From Eledone cirrhosa (taxonomy: Eukaryota): 64,000 nucleotides of DNA. The notes beneath the pieces are model-generated. The model saw only the letters and a program-made list of their open reading frames with translations. It was not told the origin of the DNA and did no database searches. The DNA lies in contig OZ024740.1 of the NCBI GenBank assembly GCA_964016885.1, forward strand, positions 143,034,001 through 143,098,000. Direction: 5' to 3'. Shown in pieces: positions 12,556 through 24,635 of the stretch; position 1 is the first letter of the stretch; each line of letters begins with the position of its first letter. Made by a program: the position numbers and the translations under genes.

Positions 12556-12725
12556 TAATATAGACCAGTTTTATAAATAAATATTGACATACCCTTAAAG
12601 AATGCAACCATTACTGTTGGAAGCTCCCGGATAGTAATGGTTGCATTCAAACAGTAATGGTTGCATTCTTTAAGGGTATGTCAATATTTATTTATAAAAC
12701 TGCTCTATATTATATTTTATCTGAT
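12543..12725. repeat. Fold-back inverted repeat, 76-bp arms
   Basis: 12543-12618 pairs with 12650-12725 with one mismatch seen. Confidence 0.92.
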
Positions 12726-12763
12726 ATTTGCTTGTATCCCAACAATTTAAATTGAACTTTCAC

Positions 12764-12803
<40 letters not shown>

Positions 12804-12807
12804 ATAT

Positions 12808-14720
12808 GTGTATTTAGCACGCAGGGAGGCTGAGAGTAGGAGGTTTGCCAATGTTCTTCGGCGGGAAGATCAGAGATGTGCGGTGTTCCGCATTGCAAGG
12901 CAGTGTGTCAATGCAAATCAGGATGTTGTTGGAGATAAGTGTGTCTGGAATAAGGCCGGTGTACTTAGTGTCACAAATGATCCAAAAAAAGAGGCCTGGA
13001 AATGTCACTATGAGAGACTGATGAATGTGGAGAATGAATGGGACAGAGAGAAATTACCCCCAGTAGACCCAACAGAGGGATCAGCTATTGAGATTGACGA
13101 ATATAGGGTACACGAGGCAATTAAGGAAATGAAGAATGGTAAGGCTGCTGGACCGTTGGGGATAGTTGCTGAGATGCTGAAGGCATCAGGGGAAGTAGGC
13201 ACTAAACTGGTTGCACGCATCATCAAACAAGCTATACATGGTGTCATGCCCAAAGACTGGTGCAGCAGTATTCTCATAAATTGCTACAAAGGTAAATGGG
13301 GTGTTCTAGAGAGAAATTATAGGGGCATAAAGCTGATGGATCAGGTTATGAAAGTGGCAGAGAGAATATTAGCACAACTGATTAGAGAAAGGGTCAAATT
13401 AGATGAGATGCAGTTTGGTTTTGTGCCTGGGGAAAATACAACAGTAGTGAGGCAACTAAGTTCCTAGAGAAGAATAAGCCACTATACTTAGCTTTTGTTG
13501 ACCTAGAGAAGGCCTTTAATAGGGTACCCCGATCTGTCATCTGGTGGTCCCTAAGGAAACTGTGTTGAGGAATGGCTTGTGAGGACAGTGCAAGCTATGT
13601 ACAGGGTGCTGTCAGTAAAGTGAGAGTAGGAATGGAGTTTAGTGAGGAATTCCAGATACAAGTAGGTGTACATCACGGTTCAGCCCTCAGCTCGCTCTTG
13701 TTCATTATAGTCCTCCAAGCCATAACAGAGGAGTTTAAGACTGGCTGTCCATGGGAACTTCTCTATGCTGATGATCTGGTTCTTATAGCATAATCAGTAG
13801 AGTAGCTAGAGAATAAATTCTGACTATGGAAACAGCAGTTGGAATCAAGAGGTCTGAAAGTGAACATAGCTAAGACAAAATTGTTGATAAGTAGAAGAGA
13901 GGACAATACTCTGATTCCATCAGGGAAATGGCCATGTTCGATATGTAGGAAAGGAACTGGCATAAATTCTATAAAATGTACGCAATGCAGATCTTGGGTA
14001 CACAAGAGATGTAGTGGGATAGCAGGCAAACTAACAGGTAGGGAAAACTATTATGCAGTAGATGTACAGGGAAAGTTGGCAGTTGTAATTGCAGTGATAG
14101 ACACATTTTTCCAATGCAGGTGGGTTCTATAGAAGTGGTTGATAGCTTCCGGTACCTAGGGGATCAGATTAGCATGGAAGGGGGGGGGGTATTCTGAGGC
14201 CATAGTATCTAGAATAAGGACGGGTTGGAAGAAGTTTAGGTAGCTGCTTCCACTGTTGACAAAGAAGGGTTTCTCCCTGCATACAAAAGGACGGTTATAT
14301 GATGCCTGTTTGAGATGCGCGATGCTGCATGGTAGTGAGACATGGGCAGCAACTTCAGAGAATACGCGACGGCTGGAGAGAGATGAAGCAAGTATGCTCC
14401 GTTGGATGTACAATGTCAATGTGCGTCAAGTACCAAGCATAGACGAGTTGAGAAAGAAACTGGGTATAAGAGAGATAAGTTGTGGTGTGCAGGAGAGAAG
14501 GCTGAGATCATATGGACATGTGATGCGCATGGAGGATGACCAATGGGTGAAGAAGTGCCAGGAAATGCCAGTTGAAGGAAGACGTGGTAGAGGTAGACCA
14601 CGAAAAACATGGGCGGAGGTGGTGCGAGCAGACCTCAGATCGCTGAAGCTCACAGTGGACATGACGAAGGACCGTCATAAGTGGAGAGATACTGTGCTGA
14701 ATAAGACCCGTCCCACCTTG
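12808..14720 (+). mobile_element. RTE LINE family B, 5'-truncated, tail missing
   Basis: RT motifs GKAAGPLGIVAEML, QFGFVPG, LLYADDLVL, GRGRPRKTW with several stops and frameshifts. Confidence 0.93.
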
Positions 14721-16385
14721 GTAAGATACTGCAGAAGCAATACTACTCTGTTTTCAGCAATCCTGATATGGCTGATCTGGGCTGTATCAGTGATATTAAT
14801 CCCCAATACGCTATATCGGACATAACATTAGACGCCCCTGATGTCTTAGCGACAATAAATGAAATTAAACACAATTCAACAGTAGGCCTCGATAAGTTCC
14901 CTGCTTGTGTCCTGAAGGTGTGTTGACACCAACTTGCATCTCCTCTTGCTAATCTGTGGAGGAACTCACTGGATGCTGGATATATACCAGAAAACTGACT
15001 ATCCAGTCTGTTGCCCCAGTTTTCAAAAAGGGAAACAAATCCCTTGCCGTGAATTACCACCCGATCTTACTCATCCCTCATATCATTAAGGCATTTGAGA
15101 GGGTGATGAGATCACGAATAACTCACTTTCTTGAAAGCAACAATCTGCTGAACTCCAACCAACATAATGGAAGGGATTGCCTAATACAGCTACTGCATCA
15201 CTTTGATGACATTTTGAGAGCTTTGGGAGAGGGCTCACGTCATCTACTTTGATTTCAGCAAGGCCTTTGACAGGATTGATCACAACATTCTACTGAGAAA
15301 ACTATCCTGTTGTAGTCAAGGGAGTACAATCCAGCCCAGCCAAAGTCAGTAGTGGTGTCCCACTAGGCACTGTATTGGGCCCACTTCTTTTCATTATCTA
15401 TATTAATGACATTACTGACATCATCAAGCACAGCAGCATAAGCATCTTCGCAGATGATTCCAAGCTCCTAAAGGTCATGAATGGAATGGGAGACCGGATA
15501 TACCTCCAATCAGATTTACTGGCTGTTATTCAATGGGCGAAAAAGAACAATATGCTGCTGAACGAGGATGAATTTGAATTAATCCACTTTGGAAAAGGGG
15601 CTACCCTGAAACTCTCATACTCCCTTCTTTCAGGTGAAACTCTCGTGGCATCCAACAACATCAGAGACTTGGGTGTAATTGTGGACAATAACATAAGCTG
15701 GGTCACTCATATCAACAGCAAAGTTGATATGGCCCGCAGAATGTGTTCCTGGATTCTCAGAATTTTCCAGTCAAGAGATATCCACACTATTATCCTTCTC
15801 TTCACTTTTGCCCGACCCCACCTTGAATACTGTTGTCCATTGTGGTCTCCCCACACAAAACAAAGTATCATGAAAATTGAAGCTCCTCAAAAGTCAATCA
15901 CGAAAAAGATAGATGGCATGTCAGGCTTTGACTATTGGGGTCGACTAGAAAAACTCACACTTTATTCTCTCCATGAGTGCTACATTACCTGCATGATGGA
16001 AAATATTCCATCAGCATTGCCCAAATTATGTTGGCATCACCTTTAAACTAACCCAAGGCTTGGGCCCCGTACTATCCACCCACAACAAAAATCAAACGCA
16101 CATCTCATAACAACAATATGACACAATTATTTCACCTCAATTGGCCCCGCTCTCTTTAACATTACACCAAAACACATTAAAACAGAAACAAACCCCATAA
16201 ACTTCAAGAAGTCTTTGGACAAATTCCTTCAAGAAATCCCGGATAAACCTCCTACACCCAAATATGTCTCCGTAAACAATAACTCCCTACTTGAGTGGGC
16301 CATGGTGTCCAAATCCTGATTTGAAAAAACTTCGCCAGTTGGTGATATTAAGTTACCAATACTGGCCGAAACCTATCAAAGTTAT
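14721..16385 (+). mobile_element. CR1-group LINE, 5'-truncated RT pseudogene
   Basis: PVFKKGNK..NYHPI, DFSKAFD, SGVP.GTVLGPLLFIIYIND, FADDSKL, RPHLEYCCPLWSP. Second copy at 44105-45066. Confidence 0.85.
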
Positions 16386-16902
16386 ATATATGTGAGTGTG
16401 TCTGTATGTATGTATAGATAAGATGAGGGGTTAAATGTTATCTATATCCTTTTACAATTGCATGTTATCAGTCTTCGAAGGATCTTATTTATAAGCGATA
16501 TAATTGAAATACCTTAATCGAAGAGATGGTAGCTTCTCATCAGTAGTAAATGCTTCTGACTTCCAGGATATAAATAAATAGCTCTTTAACGCTCAATCCT
16601 CTATAAATATAATTTTATCTGTCGAAAGGAGCCATTTTACAATAATTCTTCACATGTCCGTATCATCTCCTGGTCAGCTCAGTCTGTCTGGTCTCTCGAG
16701 TGCTGTCTGAGGCTTTTTTCATTTTCCCTGGAGAGTGAGAGTGAGATTGACCATGTATTCATATGCAACTTCCCATTGGTCAATTTGACTTTATTGCATA
16801 CGAAAATGTTGCTATTGCGAGGTCCGACGTAGTTCCACTACATATGTATGCTACGTTGGAAAAAATATATGTTAAATGGTTAGGATGATGATATATGTAT
16901 AT

Positions 16903-18206
16903 ATCTAAACTATAAAAAAGCAAGGGCTGCGGGACTGCGTACGGTTTATTTCTTTTAATCCAGTTAGTAAAATAAGTTGGATTACTTTGAATAAATAATT
17001 AATGAATATTACATAATTTATGTGCTAAATTTCGTAAATAAATAATTTCGTAAAAATAAATAATCTAAAATTGACTTATTTTCAAAGTTGCACTTCCGGT
17101 ATATCGTCGCCACCACCACCACTTCAACTACCATATATATAGGAAAAGAGAGTGTGTGATGAGAGAGATAGAGAGATTATGATTTTCTACACACTGACGC
17201 GTATGAGTGTGCACATACATACATCTATATGTATGAGTATATAACTATAATCGCGCAAACACAAACTTATAAAAATACTCACTCACGGACATAATTCACA
17301 CAAATACACATACATTCACACAAACATACATACATTCACACATATACATTTACACAAACACACACATACAGTCATGATAGTGTTCGATTTAATTGGAAAT
17401 GGGAGGGTAAAACAAGTATAACGTTTTATTTATTTAATAACTCGTTATATATTTATTAACTCTTTATTTATTTATTAACTCTTTATTTATTTATTAACTC
17501 TTTTTTTTTTAAACTCATTTAATATAACTAGCAGAAAAACCACCCTTCGGCTGGTTTTCTGCTAGCTTGTGTAGTGTTTATATTGATATTATACGCAAGT
17601 ATATATGCATGTAGATATGATACATCAAATAAAACCGTAATTCACAATATACACAGAAATTGAACAAAGACTGTGTTACACTGTCTTCTGTCATCAGTAA
17701 CGTAATCCATGATACATTAAAAAAAGACGATATTATATATCTGCTAGCATGTGTAGTGTGTATATTGCTATTATATGCAAGTATATACATTAAATGATGA
17801 TGATATGCATGTAGATATGATCAAATAAAATAGTAATTGACAATATACACAGAAATTGAACGAAGACTGTGTTACACTGTCTTATGTAATCAGTAACGTA
17901 ATCCATGATACATTAAAAAAGACGATATTATATATAAACTGCATTAGGAGAAAATTAGTGACAGAAATATATGAATATTTATTTAAACAATCGCTAACCG
18001 GAAGTGTTGACATTTGAAAATTTTAAAGAAGTGGATCTTTAAATAAGTAATAAAATATATTTAATAAACAGCCACAAAATTTAGTAGATAAATTATGTAA
18101 TATTCATTCATTATATATTCAAAGTAATCCAACTTATTTTACTAAGGGGATAAAAAATTATAAACCGTACGCAGTCCCGCACATCTTACTTTATTATAGT
18201 TTAGAT
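16903..18206. mobile_element. Non-autonomous element with ~200-bp imperfect terminal inverted repeats
   Basis: 16903-17100 is reverse-complementary to about 17997-18206 (GCGGGACTGCGTACGGTTTAT..AGTAAAATAAGTTGGATTACTTTGAATA). No TSD or ORF seen. Confidence 0.65.
17529..17935 (-). mobile_element. Helitron A family 3'-terminal fragment with tandem ~180-bp duplication
   Basis: Reverse complement aligns by eye with 24495-24635 plus 30349-30390. Ends in a hairpin plus CTAG-T. Confidence 0.75.
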
Positions 18207-18271
18207 TAAGCATGTTGTACGCCCATTGATTACATATATATAAATGTAATAGTATATAAATTATGTCTGAT

Positions 18272-18317
<46 letters not shown>

Positions 18318-18351
18318 TTATATATATATACACACATACATACCACACCAT

Positions 18352-18460
18352 ACACAAATCGTCTTCCGAAGTTCGTGAAGCTATTATTAATCCTCCCCGG
18401 GTGAAGTAACTTGCAAATTCTTCGTAATTTATGAAATGCAATAATACATCTAACGGACAC
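18352..18460 (+). repeat. ~100-bp direct repeat flanking the 27-bp array (left copy; right copy 20246-20345)
   Basis: ACACAAATC.TCTTCCGA.GTT.GTGAA.CTATTATTAATCCTCCCCGG.TGAAGTAACTTGCAAATTCTTCGTAATT occurs on both sides. Confidence 0.9.
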
Positions 18461-18502
18461 ACACACACAAATATATCTATTCATACATAGACATATATAT
18501 AT

Positions 18503-20210
18503 AGGCGAAGTCTGGTCCGAGTGCGCATGCGCGAAGGCTGGTCCGTACTGCGCATACGCGAAGACTGGTCCATACTGTGCATGCACAAAGGCTGGTCTGT
18601 ACTGTGCATGCGTGAAGGCTGGTCCATACAGCGCATGCGCGAAGGCTGATCCGTATTGCGCATGCGCGAAGGCTGATCCATATTGCGCATGTGCGAAGGC
18701 TGATCCATATTGCGCATGTGCGAAGGCTGATCCACATTGCGCATGCGCGAAGGCTGATCCTTATTGAACATGCGCGAAGTCTGGTCCGAAGTGCGCATGC
18801 ATGAAGGGTGGTCTGAAGTGTGCATGCGTGAAGTCTGGTCCAAAGAGCACATACTGCGCATGAGCAAAGGCTGGTCCGTACTGCACATGCGCGAAGGCTG
18901 GTCCATACTGCGCATGCGCGAAGGCTGATTTGTATTACGCATGCGCAAAGACTGGTCCGTACGGTGCATGCGCTAAAGCTGATCCGTATTGCGCATGCGC
19001 GAAGGCTGGTCCGTACAGCACATGTGCGAAGGATGATCCGTATTGCACATGCATGAAGGCTGTCTATATTGCGCATGCACGAAGGCTGGTCTGTACTGTG
19101 CATGCGCGAAGGCTGATCCGTATTGCACATGCACGAAGTCTTGTCCATACTGTGCATGCGCGAAGGCAGAACAGACTTCGCGCATGTACGAAGTCTGGTT
19201 GAAGTGTGCATGCATGAAGGCTGGTCCGAAGTGTGCATGCATGAAGTCTGGTCCGAAGTGGGCATGCGCGAAGGCTGGTCCATACTGCGCATGCACAAAG
19301 GCTGTTCCATACTCCGAAGGCTGATCCGTATTGCGCATGCGTGAAGGCTGGTCCGTACTGCGCATGCACGAATACTGGTCCGTATTGCGCATGCGCGAAG
19401 GCTGGTCTGTACAGCACATGCGCAAGGCTGCTCCTTACTGCGCATGCGTGAAGGCTGTTCCGTACTGCGCTTAGGCAAAGTCTGGTCCAAGTGGGCATGC
19501 GCGAAGGCTGGTCCATACTGCGAATGCTGATCTGTACTGCGCATGCGTGAGGCTAGTCTGTACTGCGCATGCATGAAGGCTGGTCCATACTGTGAATGCT
19601 GGTCAGTACTGCACATGCGCGAAGGCTAGTCCGTACTGCGCATGTGCGAAGGCTGATCCGTATTGTGCATGCACGAAGGCTGGTCCGTACTGTGCATGCG
19701 CGAATACTAGTCTATATTGCGCATCCATGAAGGCTGGTCCATACTGTGCATGCACAAGGCTAGTCTGTACTGCGCATAGGCGAAGTCTGGTCCGTACTGT
19801 GCATAGGCGAAGTCTGGTCCGAAGTGCGCATGCACGAAGTTTGGTCTGAAGTGCGCATGCGCCATTCTGGACCGGAGTGTGCATGCGCCAAGTCTGGTCC
19901 GAAGTGCGCCTGCGCAAAGGCAGGCCCGAAGTGCGCATGGGCGAAGGCTGGTCCGTACTGCACATGGGCAAAGGCTGGTCTGAAGTGCACATGCGCGAAT
20001 GCTGATCTGTACTGTGCATCCATGAAGGCTGGTCTGTACTGCGCATGCACGAAGGCTGGTTCGTACTGCGCATGTGCGAAGGCTGTCCATACTGCGCATG
20101 CGCGAAGGCTGGTCCGTACTGTGCATGCACGAAGGCTAGTCCTTACTGCGCATGCGTTAAGGGTGGTCTCTACTGTGCAAGCGCAAAGGCCAGTACGTAC
20201 TGCGCATGTG
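18503..20210. repeat. GC-rich 27-bp minisatellite (GCGCATGCGCGAAGGCTGGTCCGTACT), roughly 60 units
   Basis: 27-bp period read directly. Many variants are CpG transitions. Produces 9-aa repeat ORFs in all frames. Confidence 0.95.
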
Positions 20211-20707
20211 TGAATATATATATATATAGACACACGTACATAGCACACACAAATCATCTTCCGAGGTTAGTGAATCTATTATTAATCCTCCCCGGATGAA
20301 GTAACTTGCAAATTCTTCGTAATTCTTGACATCTAATGGACACACTCTCTAGAATAGATATATTTGTGTGTGTGTGTGTGAGAGAGAGAGAGAGGTAGAT
20401 AGACAGGTAGGTTGGCAAGTAGATAGATAGGTCGATAGATCGATAGACGATAGTGTGGTTATCTGTATATGTAAAGATGTGGAAATAAGGAAAGGATAAT
20501 TTACTACAGTACCAATGATTCAATCCACAGGTGTATATTCTTTTTACAATTGCATAAGTACATAGACTCACTTACACACGTATATATATGTATGTGTGGT
20601 GTGTTTATGTGTGTGTATATGTGTGTATCTGTGTGTGTGCATAAGTGTTTATGTGTGTGTGTGCATATGTGTGTTACTGTATTTGTGTATGTGTGCATAT
20701 GTCCGTG

Positions 20708-21135
20708 TGTGACTCGTGACTGTAATGTTGAGAGTTCAAATCCCATCAGTACGTTGTGTTCTTGAGCAAGACACTTTATTTCGTCTTTCTTCTCTCCACT
20801 GAAGTAAAAAAAAGTGTACTCTGCCAGTAAGTCGAAGAACCAATGTAGACCCACCCTGAAACGCTCCGTTATACGTGTCTATGGAATGCTCAGACACTCT
20901 CACCTTAATTTCAGGCAGTTCCATATGAGAAACCTAGCTGGAAGAATCCTCGTCGCAAGCAATGGGGTACCATCATACATATGAACACATAGACACACGC
21001 ACACGTTTCAAAGAGAATAGAAGAGATCAATAAAATAAGTACTAGATTTTAAAATATATGTACTGGAATTGAGGTCAAGAAAATCCTTTAATCGTGGTAC
21101 CCCAGCATGGGCACAGTCTAATGTCTGAAACAAGT
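20708..21135 (+). mobile_element. Decayed SINE fragments
   Basis: GAGTTCAAATCCC..CTTGAGCAAGACACTTTATTTC as in S1. A second SINE-type tail lies at about 21020-21135. Confidence 0.5.
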
Positions 21136-24100
21136 GCAGGCCGGAGAATTGTTCTTCCTCCTTCAATCTATGGTTCCTCTCGCTTCTACAGTGAGTGCTT
21201 TCAGAATTCGATGACTGTGGTTCAACACATGGGAAAGCCATCTTATTTCATCATGGTAACAACTAACCCTAACTGGGATGAAATAAAAAATAATTTGCAC
21301 CCTGGTGAAGAACCTAGAGACCGTCCTGATATTTGCGCAAGAGTCTTCAAGATCAAGTATGACAGCCTCATGGATGACATACTGAAAAAAAAGGGTCTAG
21401 GAAAAGTTGTGGCTCATTCTGCTACAATAGAATGGCAGAAAATGAGGCCTCACTCATGCTCATATTCTGCTGATAATGGCTGAAGATAGCAAGCCCAAAA
21501 CTGCTGATGCCATCGATCAGGTAGTGTACTGTGAGATTTCTGATAAAGAGACCAATCCAATTCTGCATAAGATCATCACATCCTGCAACATTCATGGCCC
21601 ATGTGGACAAGCTAATATGATGTGCTCATGTATGGAAGGGCTAGGACAACAAAGCCATTGCTCAAAAAGTTATCCCAAGGCATTCAGACAAACCACATTT
21701 GTTGCCGAAAATTCCTTTCCGGAGTATAGAAGAAGGGATAGACAGCATGGTGGTCACACCCATACAATCCAACTTAAAGGTCAAGAATTTCCTGTCGATA
21801 ATCGTTGGATTGTTCCATACAACCCTTTCCTCTGATTGAGATATCAGTGCCACATCAATTGTGAGGTTGTCCACAGTGTTAAGGCTGTTAAGTACTTATA
21901 TAAGTACATCAAAAAGGATCAGACAAGATCACTTTCACTACTAAGGATGATCAAGGAAATTATGTCCATGCCCAAAATGAGATTGAGACCTATATCAATG
22001 CACGGTACATCTCAGCCAGTGAAGCATTCTGGAGAATCTATAAATTCCATTACATCATCGAAAACCGCCAGTTGAAAAGTTGCCTTGCCATTTACCTGGG
22101 GAACAAATGGTCGTGTATGAGCGATGGCAGGAAGAAAGTATTGTTTCTAGGGGACAGCCAAGGACTAAGTTGACGGAATATTTTCAACTGAATATTAGAG
22201 ACCCACTGGCACAAAATATATTGTATATTAATATTCCTAAATATTTCACTTGGACAAACACAAAGTGGCAAAGAAGAAAAAAGGACATTTGGATGGTGAT
22301 CAACAATTTATGAGTGAATCTCTTGGACGCATTCCAGCAGTATCTCTCGGTAGACATCAATCTGAATTATATTACCTCAGGATGATCCTACATCACAAGG
22401 CTAGGTCAACTTCAGACAAAGATTTGAGGACAATTGAAGGAGTTGAATTTCCAACATTCCAAGAAGCATGCAGGAAACTTGGTCTGTTAGATGAAGATGG
22501 AGAAAAAGACAAAGCTATGGAAGATGCCTCATCCGTTACGCTTGGTCCTCAGCTGCAAGAGATCTTCTGCTCCATTTTATTGTCCAGCATGCTAAATGAC
22601 CTTCTGCAGTTCTGGGAGAAATGGAAGAATTGTCTTGCAGAGGATATCATGCATCAACATCATGAGCAAGTCATGTCCATGCAAACCATGCCGATTGTTC
22701 TACAGAGGATGCAACAAAGACTTCAACATGATGGCTTGGACATTCATGCCAACTTTGGACTTCTTCGGCCAGACCCAACTATTGTTGCCATACCAGAAAT
22801 CAACAGGGTTCTTATGGCAGAAACTGATTTCAATACACACCAACTGCAAGCAAACATAAATGAACTTCTGCCAACATTGAATCCTAAGCAACAGGTTATT
22901 TTTTCACAAAGTAATCACCTCTGTAAATGAAAATGAAGGCAGAATTTTCTGCTTGAATGCAAGTGCAGGTACAGGAAAGACCTAAGTCATAAACATCCTA
23001 TTGGATTACCTCCGATCTAAAACTAAAAATTGCACTTGCCACTGCCATATCTGGAATAGCAGCCACTTTGCTTCACAAAGGTAGAACTCTTCATTCCAAG
23101 TGCAAGATTCCTCTCAATCTAACAGCTGAATCAACTTGCTTCTTCACAAAGAGGGATGACACAGGTAAACTTATGCAGCAAGCTGACCTGCTAATCATTG
23201 AGGAGATAGGTATGGGACATAAGCATATCTTTGAATGCCTTGACAGGAGCTTCAAAGATGTTCGAGATTGCAAAAAGCCATTTGGTGGTCTAACAGTATT
23301 AGTATCTGGTGACTGGAAGCAAATTATTCCAGTTGTACGTCATGGTGCTAGACCACAAATAGTTGAGGCAACCATCAAGAGATCCTATCTCTGGGACTAT
23401 GTGGAAACCATGGAGATTACAACCAATCAACAATTAATTAATGCAGAGGATTCTGATGTGGGAAATGGTGACATTCCAACTGTTCCAACTGTAAGTGCAT
23501 TCACAATTCTTCTGCCAAATGAACTTTGTCTGGAATATGGTAATGTGTCTGGACTGTGTGATTTTGTGTTTACAAATCTTCCAGGAAACTATTCAAACCC
23601 ACTATGGCTTGCAAATAGAGCTATTATCACTCCAACAAATGATGCAAGATTGGTGAATGAGTTCATGGTCATCAAGTTCCCTGGTCATGAAATAATCTAC
23701 AGAAGCTCTGATACAGTAGATAATGAACTGCAATATCCAATTGAATTCATCAACAAACTTACGCCATCAGGCTTCCCAGCACACATACTTAAACTGAAGA
23801 AAGGCAGTTGCATCATGCTTCTGAGAAATATGGATCCTCTAAACGGGCATTGCAATGGTACAGGCTACATCATCATCAGTTTACATAATCATGTAATTGA
23901 AGCTGAAGTGGCATTGGGTCCCAATGCTGGAACAAGGTTCCTAATCCCAAGGATACCACATGTATCTCAAGAGCTTGAGTTCCCTTTCACCTTTACTCGC
24001 AAGCAATTTCCTGTCAAACCAGCCTTTGCCCTTACATGCAACAAGGCACAAGGGCAGATATTTGAAAAGATAGGTGTATATCTACCAACACAATTCTTCT

Positions 24101-24216
24101 CACATGGTCAGATTTATGTTGCATTATCATGAGTTACAAAAAAAGAAAATATAAAAACATTAAAAGAAAGGGGTCTGTTTGCTGACAACTGTGTCTACAA
24201 AAAAATTCTACAGTGA
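21135..24216 (+). pseudogene. Helitron RepHel (HUH Rep + PIF1-like SF1B helicase), frameshifted
   Basis: RRIVLPPS, F..T.NPNWDEI, IEWQK..PH, HGPCG, DNRWIVPYNP, KYLYKY, GRTLHS, FGG..V..SGDWKQI.PV, CNGT, QFPVKPAFALT.NKAQGQ, FSHGQ.YVALS. Confidence 0.95.
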
Positions 24217-24635
24217 TGTGAAACAGCTATCACTCCCTTTTAGTTGAAATGCATTTCAGTTTCTTTTTAACTGCTAGAAAAGGGACACTACAAAAACTTA
24301 AGAAGTCTATATGTGAATACAGTAAAACAACAATATAGCGAAGGTCAACTCTTCATATTGGTAAATGTAATTCATTCATTCATACCAGCATCTATTTTCA
24401 AATTCACCTCTTGAAGCTTCCCATCGACATTCTCAAGTGAAGATTCATGAACATTTTCCGTCAACAGTTCCATCGCTTTTCCATCTCCATTATTGCCTTT
24501 TTATAAAATGTATCATGGATTACTTTACTGATTACAGAAGTAAGTGTAACAGTCTTTGTTCAGTTTATGTGCATATTGTCAATTTACGTATTATATCTAT
24601 GTGCATATATATTTGCGTATATCAATATACACACT

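Noticed and set aside
16470-16555. Hammerhead at minus-strand CTGATGAGAAG..CTTC
   Set aside because: GAAA is replaced by GATT and no stem I or III can be formed.
18477-20257. Long Cys/His/Met-rich ORFs (up to 379 aa) and a CRISPR-like look
   Set aside because: By-product of a 27-bp tandem repeat open in several frames on both strands. No unique spacers, no cas genes, eukaryotic context.
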